Assembly (NCBI GenBank): GCA_052034405.1
Contig: JBPOIO010000016.1
Location: 1 to 56,714, forward strand
Source of the DNA: Candidatus Magasanikiibacteriota bacterium
Lineage (GTDB): Bacteria; Patescibacteriota; Patescibacteriia; Magasanikbacterales; UBA922
DNA length: 56,714 nucleotides
Direction of reading: 5' to 3'
Below are positions 55,578 to 56,714 of the stretch, in pieces. The translations under genes were made by a program, and so were the position numbers. Under the pieces are notes generated by a model, which saw nothing but the letters and a program-made list of their open reading frames with translations, did not search any database and was not told where the DNA came from. Numbering within the stretch: position 1 is the stretch's first letter; every line of letters starts with the position of its first letter.

Positions 55578-56504
55578 ATGTTTCAAGGTGTAAAAAACGG
55601 GTGGCAATTAATAAAAGAGTCAGTCAGAGTATTTAATCGTCATCCAAAATTCATCATTCCGCTATTGGTTACTTGGCTTGTTTATGCGCCGATTATCTTA
55701 TATTTGAAATACTGGTTTAATTGGGATGCATATACTGACTCTCAAGTTTTTCTAATTGTATTCGGAATAATTTTTGTTTTTGCCTTTTTGCTTTCATTTT
55801 CTTGCTCTATGTTGCTGGAATTAATCCAACAATTAGAGTCTGGAAAACAAATGAATATCGCAAGTGCGTTCGGACACACATTATCGCACAATACGATAAA
55901 AATATTACCAGTGGTCTTTGTCTGGACAATTATTTGGTTTATCTTGCTTGTGATTCAAGCTCTTTTATCTAAAGATAAAAAAAGAGAAAAAGAGTCATTT
56001 AGTGCTGAAAATGCGGCAAAAACATTAGCTGGTTATCAAAATTTTTCATTATCAAAAGCCTTTTTTAAAGCATTAGAAAAAGGCGTACGCATGGTTGTTT
56101 TCCTAATTCTTCCTGCAATAGCTTGGGAAAATTTGAGTTTTTGGAAATCTGTAAAAAAGGGCATTGCTGTTTTCAAATCTAATCTTTCTGCATTTGTGAC
56201 AGGTTTTGTTCTTACTGGATTGGCAACAGCAATTATCTTTTTACCGCCTGCACTTTTATTTTATATTTCCGATGAAATGGAAATCATATTCCCCGAGTGG
56301 GTGTGGGTGATTACGATAATTTATATTGCATTTGGCTGGAGTTATTCGATTTACCTTGAACAAATGTTTACGGCTGAGTTGTATCTATGGAATCATAAAT
56401 GGGAAAAAGAAGTTACAAAAGCACAGGCGGAAAATAGACCGATTCCAACACTGAATGATATTCCAAGACCATCAGTTCTTGATGAGGTAAATGATCTTTT
56501 ATAA
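55578..56504 (+). CDS. cassette-like unit 2 ORF: polytopic membrane protein
   Basis: 308 aa, about 6 TM helices, with a charged loop KDKKREKESFSAENAAK. Confidence 0.55.
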   Translation: MFQGVKNGWQLIKESVRVFNRHPKFIIPLLVTWLVYAPIILYLKYWFNWDAYTDSQVFLIVFGIIFVFAFLLSFSCSMLLELIQQLESGKQMNIASAFGHTLSHNTIKILPVVFVWTIIWFILLVIQALLSKDKKREKESFSAENAAKTLAGYQNFSLSKAFFKALEKGVRMVVFLILPAIAWENLSFWKSVKKGIAVFKSNLSAFVTGFVLTGLATAIIFLPPALLFYISDEMEIIFPEWVWVITIIYIAFGWSYSIYLEQMFTAELYLWNHKWEKEVTKAQAENRPIPTLNDIPRPSVLDEVNDLL

Positions 56505-56513
56505 AAATAAGGA

Positions 56514-56583
56514 TAAAAATTTAAAAAATAGCCCCAAATATTTTGCTATCGCAAAATTAAAACTTTTCATTACATCGCACAAC
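56514..56583. repeat. right composite inverted repeat of unit 2
   Basis: Inner arm 56514-56539 is the perfect reverse complement of 55541-55566 (26/26). A local palindrome lies at 56540-56557. The outer arm 56558-56583 matches the reverse complement of 55496-55521 except for 2 substitutions. Confidence 0.9.
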
Positions 56584-56678
56584 ACGGCATATCTGGTTAC
56601 GGCTTTTATACAAAAGCCTCCACCCATATTTGCCTCCGCTACGCTACGGCAAACATCAGATATGCCGAAACGTTGGTC
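56577..56678 (+). other. attC-like folded junction site 2 (102 nt)
   Basis: gcACAAC-ac-GGCATATCTG...CAGATATGCC-gaaac-GTTGGtc with a perfect 10-bp stem. Inner hairpins GGCTTTT/AAAAGCC (56601-56618) and TTGCC/GGCAA (56630-56652), the latter capped by tcCGCTACGCTac. Confidence 0.5.
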
Positions 56679-56708
56679 AAAATGTCGCTACGCTCCATTT
56701 TGACCAAC
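56672..56708. repeat. ORF-less unit 3: 37-bp palindrome
   Basis: GTTGGTCAAAATG (56672-56684), tCGCTACGCTc (56685-56695), CATTTTGACCAAC (56696-56708). It is followed by gt-GGCG as the window ends. Confidence 0.85.
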
Positions 56709-56714
56709 GTGGCG

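Larger units (their letters stand above)
54121..56714. mobile_element. integron-like platform: recombinase plus divergent array of cassette-like units (truncated by the window end)
   Basis: See the findings. Units are 55070-55437, 55496-56583 and 56672-56708. Each starts GTT and ends AAC, has self-complementary ends, and is separated from the next by a folded junction site. Confidence 0.5.

Overview
This is an AT-rich, gene-dense bacterial chromosome segment with about 60 protein genes, one tRNA, no rRNA and no CRISPR array. Core genes recognised from their translations are an S1-domain protein, ftsH, secE-nusG-rplK, gyrB, an ftsW/rodA-family gene, rplY, mgtA, nth, trmB, rplA, gatB, miaA, a DEAD-box helicase, engB, msrA and msrB. 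There is also a compact six-gene dTTP-synthesis operon. The code is standard, because TGA serves as a stop in the ATGA overlaps thyA/folA and sigma/anti-sigma. Almost no start codon is preceded by a Shine-Dalgarno motif, whereas TTGACA-17-TATAxT promoters and bidirectional hairpin terminators are easy to read. Small genes, many membrane or secreted hypothetical proteins and the gene content suggest, by inference only, a reduced-genome lineage such as CPR/Patescibacteria. The most unusual region is the right end (54.1-56.7 kb). A short tyrosine recombinase is transcribed divergently from an array of cassette-like units. Each unit starts with GTT and ends with AAC, and its two ends are reverse complements of each other. 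The units are separated by folded sites that share only short flanks (AAC-AC ... GAAAC-GTTG) around unrelated stems, which is an integron-like organisation, yet the recombinase lacks the IntI-specific insertion. The array runs off the end of the window. Other points of interest are listed here.
- A roughly 400-nt GC-rich structured region with its own promoter and terminator lies between secE and gyrB and could not be classified.
- Two perfect tandem micro-duplications are present, one of 30 bp in frame inside a DsbA-like gene and one of 37 bp over a gene start next to tRNA-Ser.
- There is a membrane-anchored Clp-like ATPase with only the D1 domain.
- A lipoprotein carries a Kazal-type domain.
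- An ECF sigma factor is paired with an anti-sigma::M23 peptidase fusion.
- An Endo III homologue lacks the Fe-S cysteine ligands.
- A secreted GH114-like hydrolase is encoded.
All functional calls come from motif recognition by eye; no database search was run.
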